From the NCBI RefSeq assembly GCF_000341395.1, contig NC_020304.1:2310001-2342000 (forward strand): 32,000 bases of DNA, written 5' to 3'. Below, in pieces: positions 20,246-30,083 of this stretch. The position numbers and the translations under genes are program-made. The stretch is from Desulfocapsa sulfexigens DSM 10523 (GTDB lineage Bacteria; Desulfobacterota; Desulfobulbia; Desulfobulbales; Desulfocapsaceae). The notes below the pieces were generated by a model. The model did not search any database, had not been told where the DNA came from, and saw only the letters and a list, made by a program, of their open reading frames with translations. Each line of letters begins with the position of its first letter. Position 1 is the first letter of the stretch.

Positions 20246-21028
20246 ATGAAAAATACTATGAAAGAAATTACCAAAAATTTTCCAGAAGGTATGGAACCAC
20301 TTGGAAAAAAACAATTTAAATTCCGTTGCCATGATGGTGTAGATTGCTATATGATTTGCTGCAGGAATGTGGACATGTTTCTTTATCCCTATGATATCCT
20401 GCGTCTTAAGGAAGCTTTGAATATCACTTCCCAAGAATTTATTGAGCAGTATGTTCGAGTTGTTAAGGGGGTAGCTCACCCGTATTTCCCTTCAGTTATG
20501 CTTCGCTTAACAGATGATGAGAATAAGGCCTGTCCTTTTTTGAGCGAGATTGGGTGCAGTGTATACAATAACAGACCATCGGCCTGCAGAACCTATCCAC
20601 TCGAACGTGGAGTTGATCGTTCACCAGAAAAACGTGTTGCCCATGATTTTTATTTGTTGACCAGTCATGACTATTGTCACGGTCATAAAGAAGAGAACTT
20701 CTTTACTGTGAAGGAATGGATACGCGATCAGAGATTAGAGGATTACAATATGATGAATGATCTCTGGGCCGAAGTTGATACAATTTTTTCAGAAAATCCT
20801 TGGGCCGGTGAGGGGATTGGTGGTCCAAAACAGCAGATTGCATTTACGATATGTTATGATATAGACAATTTCAGGATAATGGCTGCAAAACATAATCTTA
20901 TCGAACGGTTTCTTATTCCTCGTGCTCAAAAACGTAGAATTAATGAGTCTGATACTGAACTTCTCAAATTCGGTTTCGAATGGTTGAAAAATTTTCTAGG
21001 CCAACCATCTTCTCTCATCAGTAAATAA
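20246..21028 (+). CDS. YkgJ/UPF0153-family cysteine-cluster protein (putative Zn/Fe-chelating CxxCxxCC-type domain, FliB-like), function unknown
   Basis: 260 aa. N-terminal Cys cluster FRCHDGVDCYMICC and second cluster ACPFL...GCSVYNNRPSACRTYP. I recognise this as the PF03692-type pattern, but from memory only and without an HMM run. The start is ambiguous (ATG 20246 or 20258) and there is no SD. Confidence 0.65.
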   Translation: MKNTMKEITKNFPEGMEPLGKKQFKFRCHDGVDCYMICCRNVDMFLYPYDILRLKEALNITSQEFIEQYVRVVKGVAHPYFPSVMLRLTDDENKACPFLSEIGCSVYNNRPSACRTYPLERGVDRSPEKRVAHDFYLLTSHDYCHGHKEENFFTVKEWIRDQRLEDYNMMNDLWAEVDTIFSENPWAGEGIGGPKQQIAFTICYDIDNFRIMAAKHNLIERFLIPRAQKRRINESDTELLKFGFEWLKNFLGQPSSLISK

Positions 21029-21071
21029 GATAACCAGTATCAATGTTGAAAATGAGGTTTTTTGATGCAAT

Positions 21072-21101
21072 GTCTCGCAATAACTTGCGAGACTTTTTTT
21101 T
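21072..21101 (+). terminator. Rho-independent terminator after the YkgJ-family gene
   Basis: 9-bp stem GTCTCGCAA (21072-21080) / TTGCGAGAC (21085-21093). Loop TAAC. T8 run at 21094-21101. Confidence 0.75.
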
Positions 21102-21260
21102 GCATGGTAATAAGGAGAGTTGGTAGAAGCAGTTTTAGCCGTTTTTTTTGCATAGGGCAGAAAAAACACAATTCACACATCTCACCGTGTTCCGGTGTCA
21201 TTCTCTTTAAAAAAAGGATGATGAAGGAGGGATGGACGTTTAACCGGATAGGAGAAAATA

Positions 21261-22043
21261 ATGACAAAAGTCACTGTTAAGGAAATGCTTCAAGCTGGTC
21301 TTCATTTTGGTCACCAGACCAGACGCTGGAATCCTAAGATGAAACCATATATCTATGGGCCGCGTAATGGCATCTATATAATCAATCTTGATAAGAGTAA
21401 AAAACTGTTCGATACCGCCAGCAACTTTGTTGTTGATGAAGTGAGCAAAGGTGGAAATATCCTTTTTGTAGGAACTAAACGTCAGGCAAGAAATATAGTA
21501 AAAGAAGAGGCTATTCGTTGTGGAATGCCTTACGTGGATCATCGCTGGCTAGGTGGAATGCTCACTAACTTTCAAACTATTAAGAATTCTATTGAGCGCC
21601 TCAAAACCATTGAGTCGATGCAGGAAGATGGCTCCATTAATCGTTTTCCTAAAAAAGAAATTTTGTTGATGGGGAAAGAGCGTATCAAGCTTGAGCGCAA
21701 TGTCGGTGGAATTAAAAACATGCGTAATACACCTTCAGCAATTCTCGTAATTGATCCTAAAAATGAGACTATTGCAATTAATGAAGCAAAAAAATTAAGA
21801 ATTCCGGTCATTGCCCTTGCTGACACCAACTGTGATCCCGATGGTATTGATTATATTATTCCCGGTAATGATGACGCCATTCGTTCTATTCGTCTCATTT
21901 GCAGTCAAATCGCCGAAGGCGTACTTACCGGTCAGGCCGCTCGTGATGGTGAAGATGCAAGCGATGAAGCTATGCTTGCAGCAATGGCTGATGTTGGAGC
22001 TGAACAGGAAACAACAGAAGTCGCTGAAAGCACAGAAGCTTGA
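21261..22043 (+). CDS. rpsB: 30S ribosomal protein S2
   Basis: 260 aa. Motif [35 protein letters not shown]. Acidic C-terminal tail. AGGAG SD. Confidence 0.97.
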   Translation: MTKVTVKEMLQAGLHFGHQTRRWNPKMKPYIYGPRNGIYIINLDKSKKLFDTASNFVVDEVSKGGNILFVGTKRQARNIVKEEAIRCGMPYVDHRWLGGMLTNFQTIKNSIERLKTIESMQEDGSINRFPKKEILLMGKERIKLERNVGGIKNMRNTPSAILVIDPKNETIAINEAKKLRIPVIALADTNCDPDGIDYIIPGNDDAIRSIRLICSQIAEGVLTGQAARDGEDASDEAMLAAMADVGAEQETTEVAESTEA

Positions 22044-22075
22044 AAGTAATGTGATGTCTGAATCATCACTAGCGT

Positions 22076-22120
22076 GTTGATACAATAAAGGGGCTTTGTA
22101 AGCCCCTTTATTGTATCAAC
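22076..22120. terminator. Perfect 21-bp hairpin; bidirectional intrinsic-terminator architecture after rpsB
   Basis: GTTGATACAATAAAGGGGCTT (22076-22096), loop TGT, then AAGCCCCTTTATTGTATCAAC (22100-22120). The GC core GGGGCTT/AAGCCCC is flanked by an A-rich left arm and a T-rich right arm (TTTATTGTAT). Confidence 0.6.
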
Positions 22121-22370
22121 ATTGCCCAATTTTGTATCTAAGAAATTCTTCCGATATTTTAATGAAAGAATTTTTTAATTATACTTATATCCTTCAGGGG
22201 ATACTGAAAACCGATACTGGTTTACTACCCTTTTACCGGTGTTGGTTAAGTGATTGTATGGGGATGCTTCCCTGCGCCAGATTGACTGATCTGGCAATTT
22301 AGGAAAAATTACTCTTAGATGTTTAGGGTTTTTAAAAATACACTTAGTGCATCGAATCTGGAGATATGTC

Positions 22371-22964
22371 ATGAAAATTAATGCTCAAATGGTAAAGGAT
22401 CTGCGTGATAAAACTGCTGCAGGTATGATGGATTGCAAAAAGGCACTTAATGAGACTGACGGTGATATGGAAAAAGCCGTTGATCTCCTTCGTCAGAAAG
22501 GGCTTGCTGTTGCCGCCAAGCGTGCTGGACGTGCTACAAGTGAAGGTACTATCGAAACGTATATTCATGCAGGTGGTAAAATTGCTGCTATGGTTGAACT
22601 CTCCTGCGAGAGTGACTTTGTCGCAAAAACTGACGCTTTTGTAGAATTTGCCCGCGATCTTGCCCTTCATGTTGCAGCGGTCAATCCTGTTGCCATAACC
22701 CGTGAAGAAATTCCAGAGGATGTTCTTGCTCGAGAAAAAGATATTTATGTTCAGCAGGCACTTGATTCAGGAAAACCTGAAAATATAGTCGAAAAAATGG
22801 TTGGTGGGAAGATGGAGAAATTTATCAAAGAAATCTGTCTTCTTGATCAACAATTTGTAAAAGATCCAGATTTTACTATACAGGAACTCATTACTGATCT
22901 TATTGGAAAAATGGGTGAATCCATTTCCATAAAGCGTATTGCCCGTTTTCAGGTTGGTGCTTGA
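22371..22964 (+). CDS. tsf: Translation elongation factor Ts (short form)
   Basis: 197 aa from ATG 22371, with GGAG 8 nt upstream. Motif MKINAQMVKDLRDKTAAGMMDCKKALNETDGDMEKAVDLLRQKG. The ORF-track start at 22347 adds 8 non-conserved residues. Confidence 0.95.
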   Translation: MKINAQMVKDLRDKTAAGMMDCKKALNETDGDMEKAVDLLRQKGLAVAAKRAGRATSEGTIETYIHAGGKIAAMVELSCESDFVAKTDAFVEFARDLALHVAAVNPVAITREEIPEDVLAREKDIYVQQALDSGKPENIVEKMVGGKMEKFIKEICLLDQQFVKDPDFTIQELITDLIGKMGESISIKRIARFQVGA

Positions 22965-22973
22965 TTCTGCCGT

Positions 22974-23012
22974 ATTCACATCAGCTGTTGATGCACTGAT
23001 ATGAATCTTTTA
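22974..23012 (+). terminator. Weak terminator-like hairpin after tsf
   Basis: ATTCACATCAG (22974-22984) pairs with CTGATATGAAT (22996-23006) at 10 of 11 positions. Followed by CTTTTAT. AT-rich stem and short U tract. Confidence 0.35.
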
Positions 23013-23035
23013 TCTCTATTGCTTTCGGAGTGGCT

Positions 23036-23749
23036 ATGGAACTGAAGTATAAAAGGATACTCTTAAAACTGAGTGGCGAAGCCCTTATGGGGGATGATTC
23101 CTTTGGTATTAATACTGAAGTTCTTGGTGAAATATCATCACAAATTAAAGAGATAATGGATCTTGGAGCGGAAGTCGGCATAGTTATCGGTGCTGGAAAT
23201 ATTTTCCGTGGGGTCAAGGGTGCAAGTCAGGGAATGGACAGAACTGCCGCAGATAACATGGGAATGCTGGCCACTGTAATTAATTCACTTGCCATGCAGG
23301 ATGCGCTGGAGCGTGGCGGTGTGGTGACACGTGTTATGTCCGCTATTCCTATGCGGCTTGTCTGTGAGCCGTATATCCGTCGCCGTGCTGCCAGGCATCT
23401 TGAAAAAGGGCGTGCAGTAATTTTTGCCGCAGGAACTGGAAATCCTTATTTTACCACCGATTCTGCCGGTGTGCTTCGGGCACTGGAGATTGATGCTGAT
23501 ATTATTATCAAGGCAACTAAGGTTGATGGCGTCTATGACAAGGATCCCGTTCTTCACGCTGATGCTGTAAAGTATGAGAAACTTACCTATGACGAAGTTC
23601 TTAGTAAAAATCTTCGCGTCATGGATACTGCCGGGATAGCACTTGCTAAAGAGGATAATAAGCCGATTATGGTATTGAATATGACTCAACCTGGGAATAT
23701 TCGTCGTGCTGTTTGTGGAGAGGCACTTGGCACTCTAATAGGAAGTTAA
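23036..23749 (+). CDS. pyrH: Uridylate (UMP) kinase
   Basis: Motifs [30 protein letters not shown] and [14 protein letters not shown] 23036 has GGAG 5 nt upstream. The ORF-track GTG 23030 is 2 codons earlier. Confidence 0.95.
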   Translation: MELKYKRILLKLSGEALMGDDSFGINTEVLGEISSQIKEIMDLGAEVGIVIGAGNIFRGVKGASQGMDRTAADNMGMLATVINSLAMQDALERGGVVTRVMSAIPMRLVCEPYIRRRAARHLEKGRAVIFAAGTGNPYFTTDSAGVLRALEIDADIIIKATKVDGVYDKDPVLHADAVKYEKLTYDEVLSKNLRVMDTAGIALAKEDNKPIMVLNMTQPGNIRRAVCGEALGTLIGS

Positions 23750-23798
23750 GTCGATATGAATTGAGCGAAAAACCAGTAATGCAACAGGAGATTTAGGC

Positions 23799-24353
23799 AT
23801 GAGCGATGTGATTTTTGAAATGGCCGAGAAGATGGAAAAAAGTGTTGATACTTTTAAAAATGAGCTCTCCAAGGTTCGTACCGGTAGGGCTTCCATCTCA
23901 CTGCTGGACGGGATTTCTGTTGATGCCTATGGCTCACAAATGCCACTCAATCAGGTAGCCACCATGACCATTCCTGAAAACAGAATGATAGCTATCCAAC
24001 CGTGGGATCCACAGATGGTGCCTGCCATTGAAAGGGCTATCCTGAAATCGAATCTAGGGTTGGCCCCTCAAAACGACGGAAAGGTGATCCGCCTGACTAT
24101 TCCCCAACTCACCGAGGAGAGGCGTAAAGAGCTTGTCAAGCAGGTGCGTAAGGTTGCCGAAGATTTCAGAGTTGCGGTGCGCAACGTGCGCCGTGAAGCC
24201 ATTGATGCTCTGAAACAGCAGAAGAAGGATAAGGAGATTTCAGAAGATGATCTTTTTAAACTTCAGGACGATGCTCAAAAAGAAACTGACACCTACGTTA
24301 AGCAGATTGATCAGGTAACTGAACATAAAGAGAAGGAAATGATGGAAATCTGA
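23799..24353 (+). CDS. frr: Ribosome recycling factor
   Basis: 184 aa. Motifs VRTGRAS.SLLD...V..YGS.MPLNQVA, IPQLTEERRKELVK and canonical pyrH-frr order. Confidence 0.96.
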   Translation: MSDVIFEMAEKMEKSVDTFKNELSKVRTGRASISLLDGISVDAYGSQMPLNQVATMTIPENRMIAIQPWDPQMVPAIERAILKSNLGLAPQNDGKVIRLTIPQLTEERRKELVKQVRKVAEDFRVAVRNVRREAIDALKQQKKDKEISEDDLFKLQDDAQKETDTYVKQIDQVTEHKEKEMMEI

Positions 24354-24470
24354 TCTGATTCCTGACGGAAGGAGCATGCGGGCATCTCGGTTTATGCTAT
24401 GCCAGGCTTTTCCTGTCCTGAGGTTATTCTTTTTTTATGCTCCCCCCTTTGCAGAAGTAGACGACATACT

Positions 24471-25217
24471 ATGTCTGTACGACAATCTCTTGATCCTGAC
24501 CATATTCCACGTCATGTTGCCATCATTATGGATGGTAATGGACGCTGGGCCAAAAGGCAGCTTAAGCCTCGGCTTTATGGGCATAAGGTAGGCGTCGATT
24601 CCGTTCAGGCGATAGTTGAGTGTGCGGCTGAGTATGGTGTTGAGGTTCTCACTCTGTATGCTTTTTCAACAGAAAACTGGAAACGTCCAGCAGATGAAGT
24701 TGGTGGATTGATGGGACTGTTGAAAAACTACCTCCAAAAAGAACTGTCTCAGATGCTCCAAAACAATATCCGACTGACCTGTATTGGAGATATCGAAAAG
24801 CTTCCTAAGGATGTTCGAGAAGTTTTGAATACAACAATTAAAGAAACGGCAGGAAATACCAAGCTTACTCTCAATCTTGCACTGAGTTATGGCGGTCGTT
24901 CCGAACTTGTGCGTGGTGTTCGCATGATTGCCAGAGAGGTGAGTGAAGGACAATATGCACTTGATGATATAGATGAGAAGCTTATTGATTCTCATTTATA
25001 CACAGCAGGGCTTCCTGACCCGGACCTTCTTATCCGTACTGGTGGTGAGGCAAGACTTTCCAACTTCCTTCTATGGCAGGCATCCTATGCCGAAATATAT
25101 TTTACGGATATCATGTGGCCTGAGTTTCGTGAGGATGCGTTTCTCCAGGCTATTGTGCAATATCAAAGTCGTGAAAGGCGCTATGGCCAGACAAGCGCCC
25201 AGGTTAAAAGTGGGTGA
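24471..25217 (+). CDS. uppS: Di-trans,poly-cis-undecaprenyl-diphosphate synthase
   Basis: Motifs PRHVAIIMDGNGRWA, YAFSTENWKRP and IRTGGEARLSNFLLWQASYAEIYF. ATG 24471 is preferred; the ORF-track start at 24399 adds 24 Cys-rich non-conserved residues. Confidence 0.93.
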   Translation: MSVRQSLDPDHIPRHVAIIMDGNGRWAKRQLKPRLYGHKVGVDSVQAIVECAAEYGVEVLTLYAFSTENWKRPADEVGGLMGLLKNYLQKELSQMLQNNIRLTCIGDIEKLPKDVREVLNTTIKETAGNTKLTLNLALSYGGRSELVRGVRMIAREVSEGQYALDDIDEKLIDSHLYTAGLPDPDLLIRTGGEARLSNFLLWQASYAEIYFTDIMWPEFREDAFLQAIVQYQSRERRYGQTSAQVKSG

Positions 25218-25220
25218 CAG

Positions 25221-26012
25221 ATGAATCGACTGATTCCAGGACTTGCTCTTGCTGTATGTTGGTTACTTCTCCTCTTGAAAGGATCCACTCTCTTTTTTGC
25301 ATTTGTTCTTCTTGCTGGTCTCATTATAGGGGCATATGAGTACGGAAAAATGGCCCTTGGCTCCGGATCATTTTTTCAGTCTGTATCCCTAACTCTCCTT
25401 ACCATTCTTCCTCTTCTCTCTGTTTGTTTTTCTCCCCGGCTTGGTATTCACGGGGGGCTTGTCGTTTCTTTTCTTCTTCTTTCTTTCTGGACTCTTGCAC
25501 TCTATAAAGAAGATTTTGACAGCTATGCATTCTTTAGTAAATGTTGTCTTGGCCTGCTCTGGGTTGGTTTTATGGGCGCTCATCTTCTGATGATCCGACA
25601 ACTTCCAGAGGGGAATTTCTGGCTTCTTATCCTCACCGGAATTACAGCAGGTTCCGATTCCGGTGCATATTATTCAGGACGCGCTTTTGGCCGACACAAA
25701 TTGAGTCCTTTGATTAGTCCCAACAAGACTATTGAGGGTGCCATAGGCGGAATTATAACTGGTGTCGTTGTTGCTGCACTCCTTGCTCTGCTATTGTTAG
25801 AGAATGTTCCCTGGGGATTTGTACTTACAGCCTCTGTTTTTCTTGGAATCGTTGGCATCTGTGGAGATCTCATTGAGTCCGTTGTGAAGCGTGCAACGGG
25901 AACCAAAGACTCTGGAACTATCTTAGGAGGCCATGGTGGAATCCTGGATCGGGCCGACTCGATTCTCTTTGGTGCTCCCGCCCTCTATTATCTCCTGTTT
26001 ATATTTTCCTGA
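25221..26012 (+). CDS. cdsA: Phosphatidate cytidylyltransferase (CDP-diglyceride synthase)
   Basis: 263 aa and polytopic. Signature [33 protein letters not shown]...GDL.ES..KR. Canonical uppS-cdsA order. Confidence 0.9.
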   Translation: MNRLIPGLALAVCWLLLLLKGSTLFFAFVLLAGLIIGAYEYGKMALGSGSFFQSVSLTLLTILPLLSVCFSPRLGIHGGLVVSFLLLSFWTLALYKEDFDSYAFFSKCCLGLLWVGFMGAHLLMIRQLPEGNFWLLILTGITAGSDSGAYYSGRAFGRHKLSPLISPNKTIEGAIGGIITGVVVAALLALLLLENVPWGFVLTASVFLGIVGICGDLIESVVKRATGTKDSGTILGGHGGILDRADSILFGAPALYYLLFIFS

Positions 26013-26017
26013 TCGAT

Positions 26018-27178
26018 ATGAAAACACTCTCCCTTTTAGGTTCCACTGGTTCGATTGGCTGCAATGTCCTCGATGTCGTTCGCCGTTTTCCCGGACTCTA
26101 TAGAGTAGTTGGTCTTGCTGCTGGAATAAATATTGAGAAACTTATTGAACAGGTGTTGGAATTTGATCCTGAGCTCATCTCCTGTGCTGACAGGCTGGGT
26201 GCTGAACAGTTGATCCATTCACTTCCTCCACAGTACAAGGATCGGATTTGCCATGGAAGCGAGGGCTGTCAGGAAGTCGCTGCCATTCCTTCGGCCGATA
26301 TGACAATATCAGCAATTGTTGGGGCTGCCGGACTTCTTCCAACCCTTGCCGCGATTGATGCAGGGAAAGATATTGGACTGGCCAATAAGGAAACTCTGGT
26401 TATGGCAGGAAAACTCGTCATGGATCGCTGCAGGGAAAAGGGTGTTCGGCTCCTTCCCGTTGATTCGGAACACAGTGCCATTTTTCAGGCACTTGATGCA
26501 GGACATCGCGAAGATGTGGCTAAAATTATCCTGACTGCATCGGGGGGGCCTTTCAGAGAAAAAAAAATTCAGGAACTACAAACTGTCAGCCCGGATCAAG
26601 CCCTGGCTCATCCAAACTGGGACATGGGACGCAAGATATCCATTGATTCTGCCTCCCTTATGAATAAAGGGCTTGAGGTTATTGAGGCTAAGTGGCTCTT
26701 TGGTGTCTCTGTGGATGAAATCCAGGTGGTTATTCATCCTCAATCCATTGTTCATTCACTTGTTGAATTTCAAGATGGATCAGTCATTGCCCAGCTGGGC
26801 ATCCCCGATATGCGGATCCCCATAGCCTACGCTCTTTCCTATCCCCGCAGACTTCCCATGTCCTTACCTGGGTTAAACCTTGCGCAGTGCTCGAATCTCG
26901 AATTTCATGACCCTGACTATGAGAGATTCCCTGCACTCTCTCTTGCTTTTACTGCTATCAGAAAAGGTGGAGTACTGCCGGCTGTATTGAATGCAGCAAA
27001 CGAAGTAGCAGTTTCTGCCTTTCTGGATGAGAAAATTTCCTTCCTTGATATTGCCGCAACAGTGGCTACAGTTATGGAACAGGTGCAGGATGGGAGTGAA
27101 GACAAGCTCGATGATATCCTGGCAGCAGACCGTCAGGCACGTGATGTTGCAAGTACAATTATAGCAGCGAAACCCTGA
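26018..27178 (+). CDS. dxr: 1-deoxy-D-xylulose-5-phosphate reductoisomerase
   Basis: 386 aa. Motifs [25 protein letters not shown] and [27 protein letters not shown]. Confidence 0.96.
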   Translation: MKTLSLLGSTGSIGCNVLDVVRRFPGLYRVVGLAAGINIEKLIEQVLEFDPELISCADRLGAEQLIHSLPPQYKDRICHGSEGCQEVAAIPSADMTISAIVGAAGLLPTLAAIDAGKDIGLANKETLVMAGKLVMDRCREKGVRLLPVDSEHSAIFQALDAGHREDVAKIILTASGGPFREKKIQELQTVSPDQALAHPNWDMGRKISIDSASLMNKGLEVIEAKWLFGVSVDEIQVVIHPQSIVHSLVEFQDGSVIAQLGIPDMRIPIAYALSYPRRLPMSLPGLNLAQCSNLEFHDPDYERFPALSLAFTAIRKGGVLPAVLNAANEVAVSAFLDEKISFLDIAATVATVMEQVQDGSEDKLDDILAADRQARDVASTIIAAKP

Positions 27179-27209
27179 AACGATCCACTAACCAACTCTT
27201 AGGTTTTAT

Positions 27210-28289
27210 ATGAATACCCTTGTTTCATTTATTGTCTGTTTAGGCATACTTATTTTTGTCCACGAACTTGGCCATTTTCTCTTTGCAAAGCTGTTCAAGG
27301 TAAGAGTATTGAAGTTTTCTCTTGGCTTTGGGCCGAAGATATATAGTAAGACTGTCGGAGAGACCGTGTACCAACTCAGTGCTCTGCCACTTGGCGGCTA
27401 TGTGAAAATGTTTGGAGAAAATCCTGACGAGCAGGAAGAGGTGGACAGTAGTGACAGAGATGCGTCCTTTGCCCACAAAAGTGTGGGGCAACGCTTTCTG
27501 ATTGTCCTCGCCGGTCCTGTTTTTAATCTTTTGTTCAGTCTTATTCTTTTCTTTTTCGTCTTCTTTTTTATGGGTCTGCCGGATAGCCGGGATACTACGA
27601 AGATTGGAGAGGTAACCGCTGATTCTCCTGCCGCTGAAGCTGGTGTGTTACCCGGTGATACCATTCTCACTATCAATGGCCATGCCACTGAGCAATGGAT
27701 GGATGTTTTGAATCTGGTGAAGGATTCCAGGGGGGAAGCTCTACATTTCGTACTGGCACGTGATAACGAGGAAGTTGCACTTGTGGTTATTCCTGCCATT
27801 CAGCCTGTGAAAAATATCTTCGGAGAAAAAGTCGAAGAGCGCTATATGATTGGTATTGTAAAGGCTGAAGAGCTTTTTTATACTCCAACTGGACTGGTCG
27901 GTGCTTTTCAGGCTGCCTGTGCCCAGACCTGGATGTATATTAGTCTCACGGTTCTTGGATTTGTAAAACTGATACAACAGGTTGTACCTGTCTCAGAGCT
28001 TGGTGGTCCCATTCTCATTGCCCAGATTGCCGGAAAACAGATGCAGGCCGGCTGGATCAACTTTGTTTTTTTTACTGGACTGCTCAGTGTGAATCTAGGC
28101 ATTTTGAACCTGTTGCCCATTCCTGTTCTTGATGGTGGCCACCTGATGTTTTTGAGCTTTGAAGCTATTCGCCGTAAACCCATGAGTGAAAAGATGCAGA
28201 TTTTTGCTCAGCAGCTTGGTATTGCATTTCTGGGAGTTGCTATGATTTTTGTCTTTTATAACGATCTGGCAAGGATTTTTGGATCGTGA
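27210..28289 (+). CDS. rseP: RIP (site-2) zinc metalloprotease, M50 family, single-PDZ form
   Basis: 359 aa. HELGHF in the first transmembrane segment. PDZ-like middle segment SPAAEAGVLPGDTILTING. C-terminal NLLPIPVLDGGH motif. Confidence 0.9.
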   Translation: MNTLVSFIVCLGILIFVHELGHFLFAKLFKVRVLKFSLGFGPKIYSKTVGETVYQLSALPLGGYVKMFGENPDEQEEVDSSDRDASFAHKSVGQRFLIVLAGPVFNLLFSLILFFFVFFFMGLPDSRDTTKIGEVTADSPAAEAGVLPGDTILTINGHATEQWMDVLNLVKDSRGEALHFVLARDNEEVALVVIPAIQPVKNIFGEKVEERYMIGIVKAEELFYTPTGLVGAFQAACAQTWMYISLTVLGFVKLIQQVVPVSELGGPILIAQIAGKQMQAGWINFVFFTGLLSVNLGILNLLPIPVLDGGHLMFLSFEAIRRKPMSEKMQIFAQQLGIAFLGVAMIFVFYNDLARIFGS

Positions 28290-29014
28290 GCAGTGATGGC
28301 CCTCTTATTCTTGCCGTTGATACGGCAACATCATGCAGTTCTGTAGCGCTGACCAGAGGAGATATCCACGATGGTGAGTTGCTGGCAATGCTCACCCTCA
28401 ACAGTAAGATAACCCATTCCAGACGTTTACTGACTGCGATAGACTGGCTCCTTCATGAAAACGGAGTCGACACCAATGCGATTGATGGCCTGGCGGTCGG
28501 TCTTGGGCCCGGATCATTTACCGGATTACGCATTGCAATGGCAACTGTAAAAGGGATGGCCATGGCCATGAAAAAACCCTTGCTTGGATGTTCTACCCTT
28601 GATGCATTGGCCCTGAACTGTTCCGGCGATAAGCCGCTCTGTGTTGTATTGGATGCGAGAAAAAAAGAACTTTACCGGCGGTGGTATAGAAAAGATGCTC
28701 TGGGCGTTTTTCGTTCCCAGGGAACCATTCAGGCACTTGCTCCCATGGAGCTTATAGCGGAAGTTACGAAACCAGTTTTGATGGTTGGTGACGGCCTTTT
28801 GAGTTATGGAGAGTTTTTACGGGAAAGTCTCGGGGATGATATGACCATGGCACCTCTTTCACTGCACTATCCGTCAGCGGCGGCAACGGGATTTCTTTGC
28901 TGTGAAAAGTTGACTCAGAACGAAGTGATGGACCTGGATTCTGCTGTTCCTCTGTACGTTCGGGCATCCGATGCAGAACTCAGCCTGGTGAAGAAAGAGG
29001 CACAGGGAAAATGA
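28286..29014 (+). CDS. tsaB: tRNA threonylcarbamoyladenosine (t6A) biosynthesis protein TsaB (YeaZ)
   Basis: 242 aa. GTGA overlap with rseP. Motifs ILAVDTATSCSSVAL and GLGPGSFTGLRI. Confidence 0.85.
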   Translation: MSSDGPLILAVDTATSCSSVALTRGDIHDGELLAMLTLNSKITHSRRLLTAIDWLLHENGVDTNAIDGLAVGLGPGSFTGLRIAMATVKGMAMAMKKPLLGCSTLDALALNCSGDKPLCVVLDARKKELYRRWYRKDALGVFRSQGTIQALAPMELIAEVTKPVLMVGDGLLSYGEFLRESLGDDMTMAPLSLHYPSAAATGFLCCEKLTQNEVMDLDSAVPLYVRASDAELSLVKKEAQGK

Positions 29015-30081
29015 TAGTGAGAAGAGAGACTCGGAAAATTCACGTTGGTGGTGTTCCTATTGGTGGTGGCAGTCCCATTGCGGTGCAGTCCATGACGAAT
29101 ACCGATACCAGGGACATAGAAGCAACTGTTACCCAGATAGAACGACTCCAGGATGCAGGATGCGAAATAGTCCGGGTTGCCGTATTGAATCAGGATGCAG
29201 CCACGGCAATTCGCTCCATCAGGGACAAAATCGCTATACCATTGATTGCGGATATTCACTTTGATCACAGGCTGGCAGTGGCTGCCATGGAAAATGGTGC
29301 TCAAGGGATTCGTATTAATCCTGGGAATCTTGGAGGTCCGGAAAAACTTGCCCGGGTTGTTGCTGCAGCAAAAAACCACAAGGTTCCCATTCGCGTTGGT
29401 GTGAACTCCGGTTCTATTGAAAAGGATCTTTTGAAAGAATTTGGTTATCCCTGTGCTGAAAAACCCGATGCTCTTATAGAAAGTGCCATGCGTAATGTCC
29501 GTCTTTTGGAGGAACAGGGATTTGAAGAGATAAAGATTTCCATAAAGTCCTCGGATACCTTAACAGCCATCAGCGGCTATCAGCAGTTGTCAAAACTTAC
29601 TGATTATCCGCTCCACCTTGGAGTCACCGAGGCGGGCGGATTGATTGCAGGAACTGTCAAATCAAGTGTTGCGCTGGGGATACTGCTCTATCAGGGAATA
29701 GGGGATACCTTTCGTATTTCACTTACCCGGGATCCGGTTGAAGAGATTCGGGTCTGCTTTGAACTTCTTCGCTCATTGAAGATCAGGGAGCGTGGTCCGG
29801 AGTTAATCTCCTGTCCGACCTGTGGCAGAACCCAGATTGATCTTTTTTCCATTGCAGAAGAAGTGGAACGCTATGTCCAGACTATGACAAAGCAGATCAA
29901 AGTTGCTGTTATGGGATGTGTGGTTAACGGCCCAGGAGAGGCCAAAGAGGCTGATATCGGTCTTGCTGGTGGTAATGGTGTAGGCATTATCTTCAAAAAA
30001 GGCGTGTTGTATAAAAAAGTTAAAGAAGAAGATCTGCTGGAGACTTTTCTGGCGGAATTGAAAAAAATAGAAGGTTTATAG
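29011..30081 (+). CDS. ispG: 4-hydroxy-3-methylbut-2-en-1-yl diphosphate synthase (flavodoxin)
   Basis: 356 aa. ATGA overlap with tsaB. Motifs [20 protein letters not shown] and SCPTCGRT...GCVVNGPGE. Confidence 0.96.
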   Translation: MIVRRETRKIHVGGVPIGGGSPIAVQSMTNTDTRDIEATVTQIERLQDAGCEIVRVAVLNQDAATAIRSIRDKIAIPLIADIHFDHRLAVAAMENGAQGIRINPGNLGGPEKLARVVAAAKNHKVPIRVGVNSGSIEKDLLKEFGYPCAEKPDALIESAMRNVRLLEEQGFEEIKISIKSSDTLTAISGYQQLSKLTDYPLHLGVTEAGGLIAGTVKSSVALGILLYQGIGDTFRISLTRDPVEEIRVCFELLRSLKIRERGPELISCPTCGRTQIDLFSIAEEVERYVQTMTKQIKVAVMGCVVNGPGEAKEADIGLAGGNGVGIIFKKGVLYKKVKEEDLLETFLAELKKIEGL

Positions 30082-30083
30082 AG

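Noticed and set aside
21094-21154. Direct repeat TTTTTTTTGCAT(G/A)G at 21094-21107 and 21141-21154.
   Set aside because: The first copy is simply the terminator T-tail. The repeat is short and low-complexity, there is no third copy, and I could assign no function.
21040-21280. ORFs of 72 aa (+) and 75 aa (-) between the YkgJ-family gene and rpsB.
   Set aside because: Both run through the terminator hairpin and the T/A runs, and the plus-strand ORF overlaps the rpsB start. Their composition is driven by homopolymers.
22111-22372. Two small ORFs (63 aa on +, 65 aa on -) in the rpsB-tsf spacer.
   Set aside because: There is no SD. The plus-strand ORF starts inside the terminator hairpin. I recognise no domains and the two are mutually overlapping. 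I treat the region as non-coding, though a small protein cannot be excluded without conservation data.
26559-26567. An A9 homopolymer inside dxr, considered as a possible slippage or phase-variation tract.
   Set aside because: It is in frame, encoding E-K-K within a conserved essential enzyme that reads through intact. There is no evidence of frameshifting.
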